The notes beneath the pieces are model-generated. The model had not been told where the DNA came from, made no database searches, and was given only the letters and a program-made list of their open reading frames with translations. From Myxococcota bacterium (GTDB lineage Bacteria; Myxococcota_A; Polyangia; Polyangiales; Sandaracinaceae): a stretch of 64,000 nucleotides of DNA. The translations under genes were made by a program, and so were the position numbers. Positions 18,809 through 27,918 of this stretch are shown here, one piece after another. Every line of letters starts with the position of its first letter. The first letter of the stretch is position 1. The stretch lies in the NCBI GenBank assembly GCA_036149055.1, contig JAYZQJ010000057.1, positions 1-64,000 of the forward strand, read 5' to 3'.

Positions 18809-19428
18809 CCGCCGCTCCCCCGCCGACGAAGCGGCCGCGGCGGCGTCCGCACCGCGCGCGAGACCTCCCAGCCGTACTTCACGAGCCGGACGTAGATGGT
18901 GCTCGCCGCCGCGCGCGCCTCGGGCAGCCGAGCGAGCTGGCCGATCGAGTAGAGCTCGTCGTCCTCCCAGCGCCAGACGAGCGCACTCTGACGGCCGCGC
19001 GCGCCGCGGCCGATGCTGGCGCGCTCCGGAAGCGCCGAGGCCTCGCCGGGCTCGCGTCGCTGGGTGACGCGCTCGCCGCGCGGAGCGTGGTCGGGCCGCA
19101 TGGGGCCGCGCCCAGCGAGCCAGGCACCCACGAGCTCGGGCGCATCACCCTCGGCGTGGCCGAAGCGCCCGGCGAGCGCGTCGAGCGCGTCCTCGCCGAC
19201 CGCGACGCGCAGTCGACGGGCGAAGGTCCGGAGCGCGTCGGTCTCGATCTGCCGGATCCTCTCGCGCGTCACGCCGAACGCGGCCGCGACGTCCTCGAGG
19301 GCCGCCCCGTCCGGCCAGTTCGACCGGAGCATCTGACAGCGAGGGTCCTCGGCGTACGGGGTCTCGAAGTCGAGGAACGGCTCGTCGGCCTGCTCGTCGT
19401 GCGCGAGCGCTTCGGTTCGGGAGCTCAT
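18805..19428 (-). CDS. Sigma-70 region-4 domain protein with a second HTH-like domain
   Basis: ALEDVAAAFGVTRERIRQIETDALR closely matches sigma70 region 4.2; C-terminal STIYVRLVKYGWEVSRA. Confidence 0.8.
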   Translation of the reverse strand: MSSRTEALAHDEQADEPFLDFETPYAEDPRCQMLRSNWPDGAALEDVAAAFGVTRERIRQIETDALRTFARRLRVAVGEDALDALAGRFGHAEGDAPELVGAWLAGRGPMRPDHAPRGERVTQRREPGEASALPERASIGRGARGRQSALVWRWEDDELYSIGQLARLPEARAAASTIYVRLVKYGWEVSRAVRTPPRPLRRRGSGG

Positions 19429-20693
19429 GAGGTCACCTCCGACAGCTCGGGGATGGCGCGGTCCATGTCGGCCAGGTCGCCGAGGCCGAGCTCGGCGACG
19501 AGCCTGGCGGCGCGCCGGTAGCGGTTGATCATCGCGCTCGAGCGGTGGCCGGTGCGGTCGGCGACCCAGGTCTCGGTCTTCTCGTTCGCGAGTGCGATCG
19601 TGATGTAGGTCGCGCGGAGGTCGTGGAGCCGGATCGGCTGCCGCGTCTCGCTCCGCTCGTAGAGCTCGGGCCGGTCGATCCCGGCGCTCCGGAGCTGCTC
19701 GCGGAAGCGCGGCGTCGCACGGCCGTCGCCGCGGGTGATCAGAGGCTCGCCCGCCTCGTCGACGAAGACGCGGTCGTCGCCACCGCGGCGCGCGCGCCAG
19801 GCGCGGAGCGCCCGGGCGCAGTCCGGGCGCAGCGCCCAGGCTCGCGGCTCGCGGGTCTTGTTTTCGACCAGGGCGACCGCGCCGCGCTCGAGGTCCACGT
19901 CCGCCCAGGCCAGGTCGGAGGCCTCGCTCCGTCGCATGCCCTCCCGCGCCATGAAGCCGTACAGCAGCCGGAAATGCAGCGGGACCGAGCGGCAGCCGAG
20001 GAGCGCGCGGTCCTCGTCGGGGTAGAGGAACGTGTAGGCCTTCTCGTCGGCGAGCTTCGGCAGGAACCCCTTGGGCAGCGGGTTCGCCGTGATCACGCGC
20101 GCGGGGAAGTGCGCGAGCGTCAACACGCGCGCCATCACCTGCGCGACGTGTCGGCGCGTCGCGGGCTTGAGGTGGGCGGGCAGGCGCTCCATGACGGCGA
20201 GCGCGTGGTCGAGCGTGATCTCCTCGAGAGGGATCGTCCCGATGACCGGGTAGACGTGATTCTCCAGGCGCCGCGCGTCCTGCGTCGCGGTCTTCTTCTT
20301 CTTGATGTGGTCCGGGTACCGGCTCCGCAGCTCGCCGCTCGTCCACGCGTAGCCGAACTCCGCGAAGGTCATCGACGCGACGGGCGGCGGCGCCGCCTCG
20401 CCGGTGCTGAGACGGCGGATCGCCTCGAGCGGGCGCTCGTGCCGGTCATCGCTCCCGCCGATCAGCTGGAGCAGCGTCCTCGCGAGCTCCGCGCCGACGG
20501 GCTTCTCGGCGGCGCGGAGGAGGCAGGCCTGCTCGGCGAGCAGGCGCGCCCGGGCGCGGGCCTTCTCCTGGTCCTCGACCTCCCGCGGGCAGGTGGTGAG
20601 CTGGACCGTGCACCGCGAGCTCCCGCGGAGGGTCACGATCGCGCGCCAGCATCCGCCGTAGTAGCGGATCGACCCCGTCGCTTGCCGGCTCAC
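19425..20693 (-). CDS. Second tyrosine recombinase/integrase
   Basis: TGSI N-terminal arm; catalytic R (EGMRRSE), K (NKT), HDLR, GH, Y (NRY). Confidence 0.92.
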   Translation of the reverse strand: MSRQATGSIRYYGGCWRAIVTLRGSSRCTVQLTTCPREVEDQEKARARARLLAEQACLLRAAEKPVGAELARTLLQLIGGSDDRHERPLEAIRRLSTGEAAPPPVASMTFAEFGYAWTSGELRSRYPDHIKKKKTATQDARRLENHVYPVIGTIPLEEITLDHALAVMERLPAHLKPATRRHVAQVMARVLTLAHFPARVITANPLPKGFLPKLADEKAYTFLYPDEDRALLGCRSVPLHFRLLYGFMAREGMRRSEASDLAWADVDLERGAVALVENKTREPRAWALRPDCARALRAWRARRGGDDRVFVDEAGEPLITRGDGRATPRFREQLRSAGIDRPELYERSETRQPIRLHDLRATYITIALANEKTETWVADRTGHRSSAMINRYRRAARLVAELGLGDLADMDRAIPELSEVTS

Positions 20694-21034
20694 TTGGCCG
20701 CGCTCCCGGGCACGCAGCCCTGCTCCATGAGGAGGCGGTCCACGTCGTCGAGCTCCGCGGCGTTCGGCACGCGCTGAGCTCGCCGCGACGCCCCGGACTC
20801 GTCGCCCAGCCGGGCGAGGTAGGCCATCAGCGCCGTGCGCTCGACCATGCGGGTCTTGCCGAGCTTCGACACGTGCGGCGCCCCGTCCCGACGGAGCAGC
20901 TCGAGGAACTTCCGCTTCGAGAGTCCGAGGAGGTGGCAGTTGTCCTGCGTGTAGTAGTCCGGGTGCGCCTCGGGCAGGTCCGAGCGCCGGATCTGCACGC
21001 GGGCATCCGCCTCGATGAAGCCGTCCTCAGGCAT
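20690..21034 (-). CDS. Excisionase-like DNA-binding protein
   Basis: LLGLSKRKFLELLRR...SKLGKTRMVER..LMAYL HTH plus wing; coupled to the recombinase. Confidence 0.6.
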   Translation of the reverse strand: MPEDGFIEADARVQIRRSDLPEAHPDYYTQDNCHLLGLSKRKFLELLRRDGAPHVSKLGKTRMVERTALMAYLARLGDESGASRRAQRVPNAAELDDVDRLLMEQGCVPGSAAK

Positions 21035-21404
21035 CGGCCGGCGTCTCCGGCAGCGATGCGACGAGCCGCTCTCGAGCTTCCCGGTAGCGGAGGGTCGCCT
21101 TGTCCCGCTCCTTCGCGGCTGTCCCGCGCTCGCTCCGCGCGCGCTGCAGGGCGGCCTCGGCCTCCGCCTCGAGCTCGGCGATCCGCGCCGCGAGTCGCTG
21201 GTCGAGCGCCTCCAGCTCGGCGTCTCGCTCCGCGCGCGCGGCGTCTCGCGCCACGTCGAGCAGCCTCCCGAGCTCCGCCTCTTCGCGCTCCGCCTCGGTG
21301 AAGCGGCGCGTCGCTGCGTCGATGGCGGAGAGCGCCTCGTTGACCTCGGCGACGCGCGCGGCGCGCCGCTTCGCCTCCCGGGCGATGTCGACCTCGGCGC
21401 CCAT
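21027..21404 (-). CDS. Coiled-coil hypothetical protein
   Basis: A/E/R-rich helical ORF in the operon. Confidence 0.6.
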   Translation of the reverse strand: MGAEVDIAREAKRRAARVAEVNEALSAIDAATRRFTEAEREEAELGRLLDVARDAARAERDAELEALDQRLAARIAELEAEAEAALQRARSERGTAAKERDKATLRYREARERLVASLPETPADA

Positions 21405-21405
21405 C

Positions 21406-21777
21406 TCAGCCCAGAGCCTTTCGCAGGGTGCCGCGGAGCTTCTCGAGCTCGTTCTTGAGGCGCGTTCTCTCCCAGATCAGTCGCTTGACCTCCGAGTGGA
21501 TGTCGTGCGTCGCGACGGCGAGCAGCTCGGCGACGGCGTCCAGCGTGGCTGCCGCGCCCTCCGCGTCCTCCGACTCGTGTCCCTCGTCGGCGGCGAGCGG
21601 GCAGGGCGAACCGAGCTGGACGCCCGGGGGTACCTGCCAGACGACGCGCGCGCCGCCCTCCTCGTCCTGCTCGACGTGGAGCGTGAGGCATCGGTTGCGG
21701 CCGACCTCCTTCACGATGGCTTCGGCCTTCCGCTCGCTCTCGCTTCGATAGATGTCTCGCGCTTCCATCACTTCCAT
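21406..21777 (-). CDS. Hypothetical phage protein
   Basis: GGAGG RBS; fits operon tiling. Confidence 0.55.
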   Translation of the reverse strand: MEVMEARDIYRSESERKAEAIVKEVGRNRCLTLHVEQDEEGGARVVWQVPPGVQLGSPCPLAADEGHESEDAEGAAATLDAVAELLAVATHDIHSEVKRLIWERTRLKNELEKLRGTLRKALG

Positions 21778-22451
21778 GCCTCCCGGCCGCCGAGCTGGCG
21801 GGCCTCCTCTTCACGCAGGCGCGCCATCTCGGCGGCCATCTCCTGGTCGACCTCGGCGCGCGCCACCTCCGCGACGCTCATCCGGTGCCGGGCGCCCGTG
21901 CGCATCGCCCGGGCGAGGAGCTCGGTCTCGTCGAGGCGCTCGAGGTCCGAGACTCGCTGGGCGATGCGCGCGCGGCGCGTGCGCTTGGCGACGGCCCCGA
22001 ACTCCACGAGCCGCGCGCGGAAGCCAACGCGCCGCGCGAGCTCGTCCGGAACGGTCCAGAGCCCCTGCCGCCCGCGGCACTCGAGCGGCGGGATCGGGAT
22101 CACGCGCTCGAGCACCCAGCCGATGCACCCGGGGATGAACCAGCCGGACTCGCCGGCCGCGCGCGCTGCGGCGTCGTCCAGGTCGCCAGCGAAGTCGAAT
22201 CCTCCGCCGCCGCTGACGCGAATCCACCCGCGGAGCCGCGCGACCCCGACGATCCCGGTGGGGCTGTCCTCGCTCAGCCGGGGCCGGTCGCCCTCGGGCC
22301 AGACCGAGTCGGCGTCGAAGCGCTGCCCGGCGTGGATGGCGAACATGCAGCCGATGGCTGCGGCGGGCGGGCGCCATGTGCGGTTCTCGACCCGCTTCGT
22401 GCTGTGCACGATCGCGTCGGACCACGGGCGGTGGAGGGTGAGGGCCTTCAC
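21768..22451 (-). CDS. ASCH-domain protein
   Basis: KALTLHRPW..AI...KRVENRTW...IHAG...GIVG...GW.L...RGRQGLW. Confidence 0.85.
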   Translation of the reverse strand: MKALTLHRPWSDAIVHSTKRVENRTWRPPAAAIGCMFAIHAGQRFDADSVWPEGDRPRLSEDSPTGIVGVARLRGWIRVSGGGGFDFAGDLDDAAARAAGESGWFIPGCIGWVLERVIPIPPLECRGRQGLWTVPDELARRVGFRARLVEFGAVAKRTRRARIAQRVSDLERLDETELLARAMRTGARHRMSVAEVARAEVDQEMAAEMARLREEEARQLGGREAWK

Positions 22452-23509
22452 GCTCGACCTCCGAACGCGTGCGGGAACTCGCGCACGCGCAGGTCCTCCG
22501 GCCACTCGGACGGGTCTCCGCCCTTGCGGTTGCGCAGGTGCACGCGCTCGGGCCGCCGTCCGGCGGGTCCGATGTCATCGGGGTAGAGCCCTGCGGCGAC
22601 AAGGCTCGCCTCCACGGACTGCATCGGCGCCGCCCCGAGCTGCTTCACGAACACCGGCACGCCGGCGGCGCGGCACTGCCGGATCGTCGACCGCGCCCAG
22701 GCCAGGTCGAACGGACGCGCACCCGGGCCGCTCTCTCCGCCGATCACGACCCAGTCGAGCCGCCACGGAGTGTCGGTATGCGTTCCACCCCCGACGAGCG
22801 GGTTGAACGGGACGAGCGGGTGGTCGCGGTGGAAGGGCACGCGCGCGAAGTCGACCCCGGCCAGCGCCGGCTCGTAGCTCACCCATCGGACGGCTGCGGG
22901 CAGGCAGAGGATCTCCGGGATGCGCTTCTGGGCGGTCGGCGGGTCCTCGATGCTCACACCGATCCAGACGTTCGGCAGGGGCCAGGCCTCGGGGCGCCCG
23001 ACGAACCTCAGCGCCAGGTCGAGCCCGCCCGCGCTCACGGTGTCGAGCGCATCCGCGGCGGCTCGACGGCACCGCCGAAGCGCGTCCCCCGGCGACAGGT
23101 GGCCGCCCTCGGCCGCCCACTCAAAGAACTCGGCCGCCCGCTCGGGCCGCTTCGTGAGCACCTGGAAGGTGTGCTGCGGCGCCGCGGCCATCACGCCGAA
23201 GACGGCCGCGATGTACTCGAAGGGCACGGCCTCGTGGAAGAGGTCGGACATCAAGTTGACGAACACCATCCGCGGCTTGCGCCACCGGAGCGGGGCGCCG
23301 AGGTGCTCGGGGACCTGGCGCACCGTGCCGTTCCACCGCGCACGCGGCTTGCCCTCGCCGTCCAGTCGCACCAGGCCCTCGTACGGCTTCCCCGGACCCG
23401 CGAAACGCCGCGCGACCACCTCTGCGTAGCAGTTCCGGCAGCCCTCCGAGACGCGCGAGCAGCCGCGGAGAGGGTTCCACGTGGCGTCCGTCCACTCGAT
23501 CTTGCTCAC
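22448..23509 (-). CDS. Phage Gp37/Gp68 family (DUF5131) protein
   Basis: MSKIEWTDATWNP..GCSRVSEGC.NCYAE, MSDLFHE, LTKRP, WVVIGGESG, FVKQLG. Confidence 0.93.
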   Translation of the reverse strand: MSKIEWTDATWNPLRGCSRVSEGCRNCYAEVVARRFAGPGKPYEGLVRLDGEGKPRARWNGTVRQVPEHLGAPLRWRKPRMVFVNLMSDLFHEAVPFEYIAAVFGVMAAAPQHTFQVLTKRPERAAEFFEWAAEGGHLSPGDALRRCRRAAADALDTVSAGGLDLALRFVGRPEAWPLPNVWIGVSIEDPPTAQKRIPEILCLPAAVRWVSYEPALAGVDFARVPFHRDHPLVPFNPLVGGGTHTDTPWRLDWVVIGGESGPGARPFDLAWARSTIRQCRAAGVPVFVKQLGAAPMQSVEASLVAAGLYPDDIGPAGRRPERVHLRNRKGGDPSEWPEDLRVREFPHAFGGRA

Positions 23510-24063
23510 CTCGACCTCCGCTCCGGACGAGGGCGTCCGGCGTCACGGCGCGCGGCCGCGAAAATCTCGCGGTGCAGCCGGAGGCGGCGCCGCTCGTTGC
23601 TGGGTGTCCGCGGGTCCTCGAGGCGGGCGTCGATGGCGCGCACCACGATCGCCCGGCCGCGCCGGACCCACTGGTAGAGGGCGTCGAGGCTGGGGGCCTC
23701 GAGCCCGTACTCGTCGGCGAGCTGCGCCTCGATCTCGGCCGAGGGGAGCCGGAGGATGCGGCGCTTCATCGCCGGTCGAGCTCGGCGGCGCGCGGCGAGC
23801 CGGCGGCCGGCGTCGCGGCGCGAGTAGAGCAAGAAGACGAGCTGGTCGAGCCAGAGCATCTCCGGGTCGGCGCCGGCCCGGGTCCGGGAGATGTCGCGAA
23901 GGAAGGCGCGCGCCTCCTTCGACTCGGGCAGGGGCGTCGAGATGCGCGCGCGGCGGACCGGGGCGCTCGAGGAGTCCCCCGCGTCCCCGCGTGGGGGGGA
24001 GCACGACGGGGGCGCAGAGGACTCCTCCAGCGCCGCGGCGGCGGCGTGGTCGTGACGGCTCAT
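23506..24063 (-). CDS. Hypothetical HTH-like protein
   Basis: SAEIEAQL...SLDALYQWVRRGR. Confidence 0.55.
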   Translation of the reverse strand: MSRHDHAAAAALEESSAPPSCSPPRGDAGDSSSAPVRRARISTPLPESKEARAFLRDISRTRAGADPEMLWLDQLVFLLYSRRDAGRRLAARRRARPAMKRRILRLPSAEIEAQLADEYGLEAPSLDALYQWVRRGRAIVVRAIDARLEDPRTPSNERRRLRLHREIFAAARRDAGRPRPERRSR

Positions 24064-24605
24064 CGGAACACCTCGCGGGCGCCGCCGGTGCGGAACCACT
24101 CGACCAAGAGCTCGACCTGGCGATCCGAGAAGAAGGCGCGGGTCTGTCCGGCCGTGATCCCGGGCAGGTGGCCGTGGTCGTGGAAGTGGCCGTGGTGCTC
24201 GCGGCAGAGCGGGACGGTCCGGTAGTCGTGGACCTTCTGCGAGACGCCGCGCCGCGGAGCCCAGTGGTGCGCCTCGATCCCGGACCGGCTGCCGCAGTGG
24301 CAGCACGGGAGGCTGGCGACCCAGCGGAGGTAGGCGGCGTCGCGCGCGGGGCCCTTGGGCCGGGGCTGCGGGCGGAGCTCCGGCCTCGCGAGCTCGGGCG
24401 GCGACGGGAGGGCGCCCGGCGACGCCGCGCGCCGCTCGAGCGTCGAGACGCTGTCCAGGGCCACGCGTCGGGGCTTCGCCTTGCCGTCCGGCACGACGTA
24501 GGCCTCCCCCGCGCCCGCGGTGACCTGCGTGATCCGGCCCTGGTAGAGCCGGCGTCCGCCCATGCCGCGCACCTGAACGCGGTCTCCCTCGCGCAGCTCC
24601 CTCAC
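24060..24605 (-). CDS. DUF968-like HNH/Zn-binding protein
   Basis: YLRWVASLPCCHCG...EAHH...QKVHD..TVPLCREHH..FH. Confidence 0.8.
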   Translation of the reverse strand: MRELREGDRVQVRGMGGRRLYQGRITQVTAGAGEAYVVPDGKAKPRRVALDSVSTLERRAASPGALPSPPELARPELRPQPRPKGPARDAAYLRWVASLPCCHCGSRSGIEAHHWAPRRGVSQKVHDYRTVPLCREHHGHFHDHGHLPGITAGQTRAFFSDRQVELLVEWFRTGGAREVFR

Positions 24606-24790
24606 GCTGCGTCCCTCCGGACGATGCGGAGCCGGCGGGCGGCGCGGGCGGACCGCTGGCGGACGCGCAGGGCGCAGAAGCAGCAGACGAACGCCCACGG
24701 GCCACCGGGCCAGAGGGGGCGGTCCTCGACGGCCGGGCGCCGGACGCCCCGGTGCGCGCAGGGCTCGCAGAGCTGGTCCGCGCCGATCAC
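24602..24790 (-). CDS. Small Zn-finger-like protein
   Basis: CEPC...CCFC; GTGA overlaps with neighbours. Confidence 0.45.
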   Translation of the reverse strand: MIGADQLCEPCAHRGVRRPAVEDRPLWPGGPWAFVCCFCALRVRQRSARAARRLRIVRRDAA

Positions 24791-25173
24791 CCGCACACCT
24801 CGGGCTGCTCGTAGACGACGGTCGCGCGGGAGAGGAGCCACTCCAGGCCGGCGCACCAGTCGACCCCGGCCCAGCGCTTCCGGGTCGTGTCGGTCCAGGT
24901 CCAGGGCCGCTCGCCGCCGCTGATCACCACCACGGGGAGGCGGCGCTCGGCAGCCCACGCCACCACGGTGCTCCCGCACCCGGGGCGGAGGTTCCAGTCG
25001 GTGATGACCGCGTCGAAGGCTCGGTGCTCCACGGAGGGCAGGAGAGCGAGCCTGGTCAGCGTCTCCACCTCGACGGCGTACCCGCGCCCACTCGCGGCAC
25101 GGTGGAGGGCCTTGCGGACGGCGGAGGCCTTCAAGAACTCGTCCTCGACGTGAAGGATGCGGAGGGTGATCAC
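24787..25173 (-). CDS. Stand-alone response-regulator receiver domain
   Basis: LRILHVEDE...FDAVITDWNL..G.G......LPVVVISG. Confidence 0.8.
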   Translation of the reverse strand: MITLRILHVEDEFLKASAVRKALHRAASGRGYAVEVETLTRLALLPSVEHRAFDAVITDWNLRPGCGSTVVAWAAERRLPVVVISGGERPWTWTDTTRKRWAGVDWCAGLEWLLSRATVVYEQPEVCG

Positions 25174-25769
25174 GCGCCCGCCTCCCGGTTGAGGCGCGAG
25201 ACGATGGCGCTCGCGGTCGCGGCGTCGCAGTCCAGCGCGCCCACGCGCCGTCCATCGGCGAGCAGCTCCACGTCGCCGCCGCTGACTGGCTGCAGGCTGT
25301 AGAGCGGCGCCGACTGGTCGGTGGGGTCCTCGTCGCACCCCTGGCAGATGGTGACGCCCTCGTCGTCGCTCCACGCCTCCAGGCCGGGAGCGATCCAGCC
25401 CTCGCACCCCTCGCAGCGGAGCGCGCCGGCCTCGCGGGCGTGGTCGGGGCACAGCGGCTCGTCCTCGACCTCGACGACCGCGGCGATCAGGATGCCCCCG
25501 TCGTCGTCGTCGCAGGCCGCGCAACGCCGGACGGTGTCGGCGTCGGGTCGGGCCCGGCACCGATCCCGAATCTCGGCCTCGACGACGAGCGGCGCCCCGA
25601 TCTCGGCCGCGAGCCGGACCGCACCGATGTAGCCCTCCTCGTCGATCGGACCGGTGTGGCGAAAGAAGATCCCGTCGCTCGTCTCGAGAGCGAAGACGGC
25701 GTCCTCGCAGCTCTCCGCCGCGTACTCGCGCGCGTACCAGACGCGCGCGACTCGAAGAGACCCGCCCAT
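25170..25769 (-). CDS. Cys-rich hypothetical phage protein
   Basis: CAAC, CPDH, CEGC, CQGC. Confidence 0.6.
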   Translation of the reverse strand: MGGSLRVARVWYAREYAAESCEDAVFALETSDGIFFRHTGPIDEEGYIGAVRLAAEIGAPLVVEAEIRDRCRARPDADTVRRCAACDDDDGGILIAAVVEVEDEPLCPDHAREAGALRCEGCEGWIAPGLEAWSDDEGVTICQGCDEDPTDQSAPLYSLQPVSGGDVELLADGRRVGALDCDAATASAIVSRLNREAGA

Positions 25770-26248
25770 CACGCGACCTCGGCGAGGCGCTCGGCCTCGA
25801 TCAGGAGCTCGGTGACCCGGCGGGCCGCGAAGTCCGCGTGGTAGCAGTAGGCGCGCTCGGCGCCCGACTCGTCCCAAGCGCGGAAGTAGCCGTGCTCCGG
25901 GCCGTGCTGGATGGTCCAGCCCTCGTGCTCGAGTTCGGCGTCCCGCGGGAGGTCGTGGAGCCGGGCGGCGAGGGGACCGCTCAGCTCGCGCATGAGCTCG
26001 TCGTCGTACTCGACGCGGACGTAGGTGTTGCCGCCGAGGAGGATCTCGCCGGTCATCTCGTCGCGCGAGAACTGCTCGAACTGCCGAGCCACGGCCTCGA
26101 CCTCGCTCTTGCGCACGTCGGCGCGACGGATCGTGACGTAGAGCGACGAGTCCGTGGTGCACCGGTCGGAGCGGACCGAGACGGCGCGGGCGCTCCACCC
26201 GCGGGCCTTGAGCTCGGCGCGGAGGCGCTGGGCGCGAGCGGCGCTCAT
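25769..26248 (-). CDS. LPD29-like domain protein
   Basis: LRAELKARG....VSVRSD....SSLYVTI...VEAVA..F...RDEMTGEIL.GGNTYV. Confidence 0.55.
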   Translation of the reverse strand: MSAARAQRLRAELKARGWSARAVSVRSDRCTTDSSLYVTIRRADVRKSEVEAVARQFEQFSRDEMTGEILLGGNTYVRVEYDDELMRELSGPLAARLHDLPRDAELEHEGWTIQHGPEHGYFRAWDESGAERAYCYHADFAARRVTELLIEAERLAEVA

Positions 26249-26607
26249 CACGCGACCTCGCAGAGGAGGGTGCCGACGATGAGGTGCTCACCGCTCTCGT
26301 CGAGGAGGTCGCCCTCGAGCTCGTCGGGTAGGCCGCTGTCGAGCGTGACGTCGCCCGTGGGGAAGACGCCGCCGTGCTCGCGCCGCATGTGGCGGAGCCG
26401 GGTGACCTCCCCCGAGTCCTGCAGGGCGGTGAGCTGCTCGCCCCGGTCGATGACCAGAGCCACGTCGGCGCCGGCGTCGGTGAGCTCGCCGCGGATTCGG
26501 CACGCGACCAGGCCGCGGCACACCCGCACTTCGACCTCCACGCCACCGACGACCACTAGCCCGGTCGCATCTCGTTCCGTTCCGTCGTGTCCCTGCTCGG
26601 TTCGCAT
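26248..26607 (-). CDS. First gene of the leftward early operon, hypothetical
   Basis: GGAGG RBS and upstream promoter. Confidence 0.65.
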   Translation of the reverse strand: MRTEQGHDGTERDATGLVVVGGVEVEVRVCRGLVACRIRGELTDAGADVALVIDRGEQLTALQDSGEVTRLRHMRREHGGVFPTGDVTLDSGLPDELEGDLLDESGEHLIVGTLLCEVA

Positions 26608-26623
26608 CGTCGTGACCTCCGTT

Positions 26624-26672
26624 GCGTACAGATGTACGCGCGGCCGCGAGCGATGTCAAATACAAAAGTACG
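26624..26672 (-). promoter_or_regulatory. Leftward early promoter with operator(s)
   Basis: TTGACA (26659-54), 17 bp, TACATC (26636-31); palindrome GCGTACA-GA-TGTACGC at 26624-39; degenerate copy at 26659-72. Confidence 0.75.
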
Positions 26673-26684
26673 CGTTCGAGAGAA

Positions 26685-27356
26685 TCACGAGCAGTCCGCG
26701 AAGACGTCGATGCTCGCCAGGGAGATGACGCGGGCGAACCCCGGCTCGAAGACGGGCCACGCGCGCACCCCGCCGCACGACTCCGCGGGGGCGCGCGTCT
26801 CGATCGCCGCGTCGATCGCGTCGAGCTCGTCACGGGTCGGGCGGCGGTAGGGCCAGCGCTGCCCGGGAGTCACGATGGAGTAGGGCCGGCGCGAACCGCT
26901 GGGGGTCTCGCAGTCCCACACCCAGGCAACGCCCGGCATGATGCTGACGAGTCGTCGGACGAGGGCCTCATGAGAGGCCCAGGGGTGCAAGGCCTTCAGC
27001 GCGAATAGGCAGCCCCCCGTTCGGCGCATGTCCCGCGTGAAGTCGATCCGTGGGAGAAGCAGGCACGAAGCGATCGCGTCACACACGTGTTCTGTCTGCG
27101 AAGCGTGGGGAATCCCCTCCAGGTCGCACAGGTAGTGTGCGCACTCATGAGCGACGGTGAAGCCCTGGCGCTCTAGGCGGTCGCGAGGGTTTACGAAGAT
27201 CCGGTCGCCGATGAGGCAGCCTGCCTTGAGCGAGGCGGGACCGGTGCGGACCTCGAGGCTCAGCGCCCACGCGAGCATCCAGGGGTCGACCGGGACTGGT
27301 ATTCCGCAGGAATCTAGGAGTTCGTTGGCCAGTCCTTCGCAGTCTTCCCAGTCCAC
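26685..27356 (-). CDS. ImmA/IrrE-family metallopeptidase (antirepressor)
   Basis: ERQGFTVAHECAH (HExxH), E..CDAIASCLLLP; start approximate. Confidence 0.88.
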   Translation of the reverse strand: MDWEDCEGLANELLDSCGIPVPVDPWMLAWALSLEVRTGPASLKAGCLIGDRIFVNPRDRLERQGFTVAHECAHYLCDLEGIPHASQTEHVCDAIASCLLLPRIDFTRDMRRTGGCLFALKALHPWASHEALVRRLVSIMPGVAWVWDCETPSGSRRPYSIVTPGQRWPYRRPTRDELDAIDAAIETRAPAESCGGVRAWPVFEPGFARVISLASIDVFADCS

Positions 27357-27402
27357 GAGGACCCGGACGGAAGGCGCCTGGCTGAACTGACGCTCCTTGC
27401 GA

Positions 27403-27918
27403 TCATTCTGAACGTTCTTTGCGGAATCGGCGCACGCCCTGCGAGGCGGCCTCGTCCGAGACGTCGCGCACGACCTCGCCGCCGTCGTCGAGGAGGCGCC
27501 GAGCGATGTCGAAGTACACCCCTGGCTCACTCGGAGGACCGCCCCGGAACTTGAGGTTCGCGAGCTGCTCGATCTGAGCATCGGTGAGCTCATCGAAACG
27601 GGCGAAGTCGCGCTGGAACGCCTCGAAGGCCGCCGGCCTGGTCTTCGCCCGGCCGCGGACGTGGTTGGTGTAGTGCGGCTCTCCGAGGCTCTCGTCGTGG
27701 AAGAACCTGGCCTCGAGGTGCATACGGTCCCGGACCTTCTTCAGCGTCGCCGCGCTCACCCCGGTTCGTGAGCCGTCGACGTACTTCCGCACCGACGACA
27801 ACGACAGCCCCGTGCGCTCGGCGACTCGTCCGGGCCATCCGCGTGCCCGATCGCACTCGTCCGCAAGCTGCTCGATGAGGAGGAGAAGTCGTCTGACTTC
27901 GATGGGTTGCGCCGCCAT
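27403..27918 (-). CDS. Prophage repressor (XRE-type HTH)
   Basis: RVAERTGLSLSSVRKYVDGSR..VSAATL; divergent from cro-like gene, upstream of ImmA. Confidence 0.75.
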   Translation of the reverse strand: MAAQPIEVRRLLLLIEQLADECDRARGWPGRVAERTGLSLSSVRKYVDGSRTGVSAATLKKVRDRMHLEARFFHDESLGEPHYTNHVRGRAKTRPAAFEAFQRDFARFDELTDAQIEQLANLKFRGGPPSEPGVYFDIARRLLDDGGEVVRDVSDEAASQGVRRFRKERSE

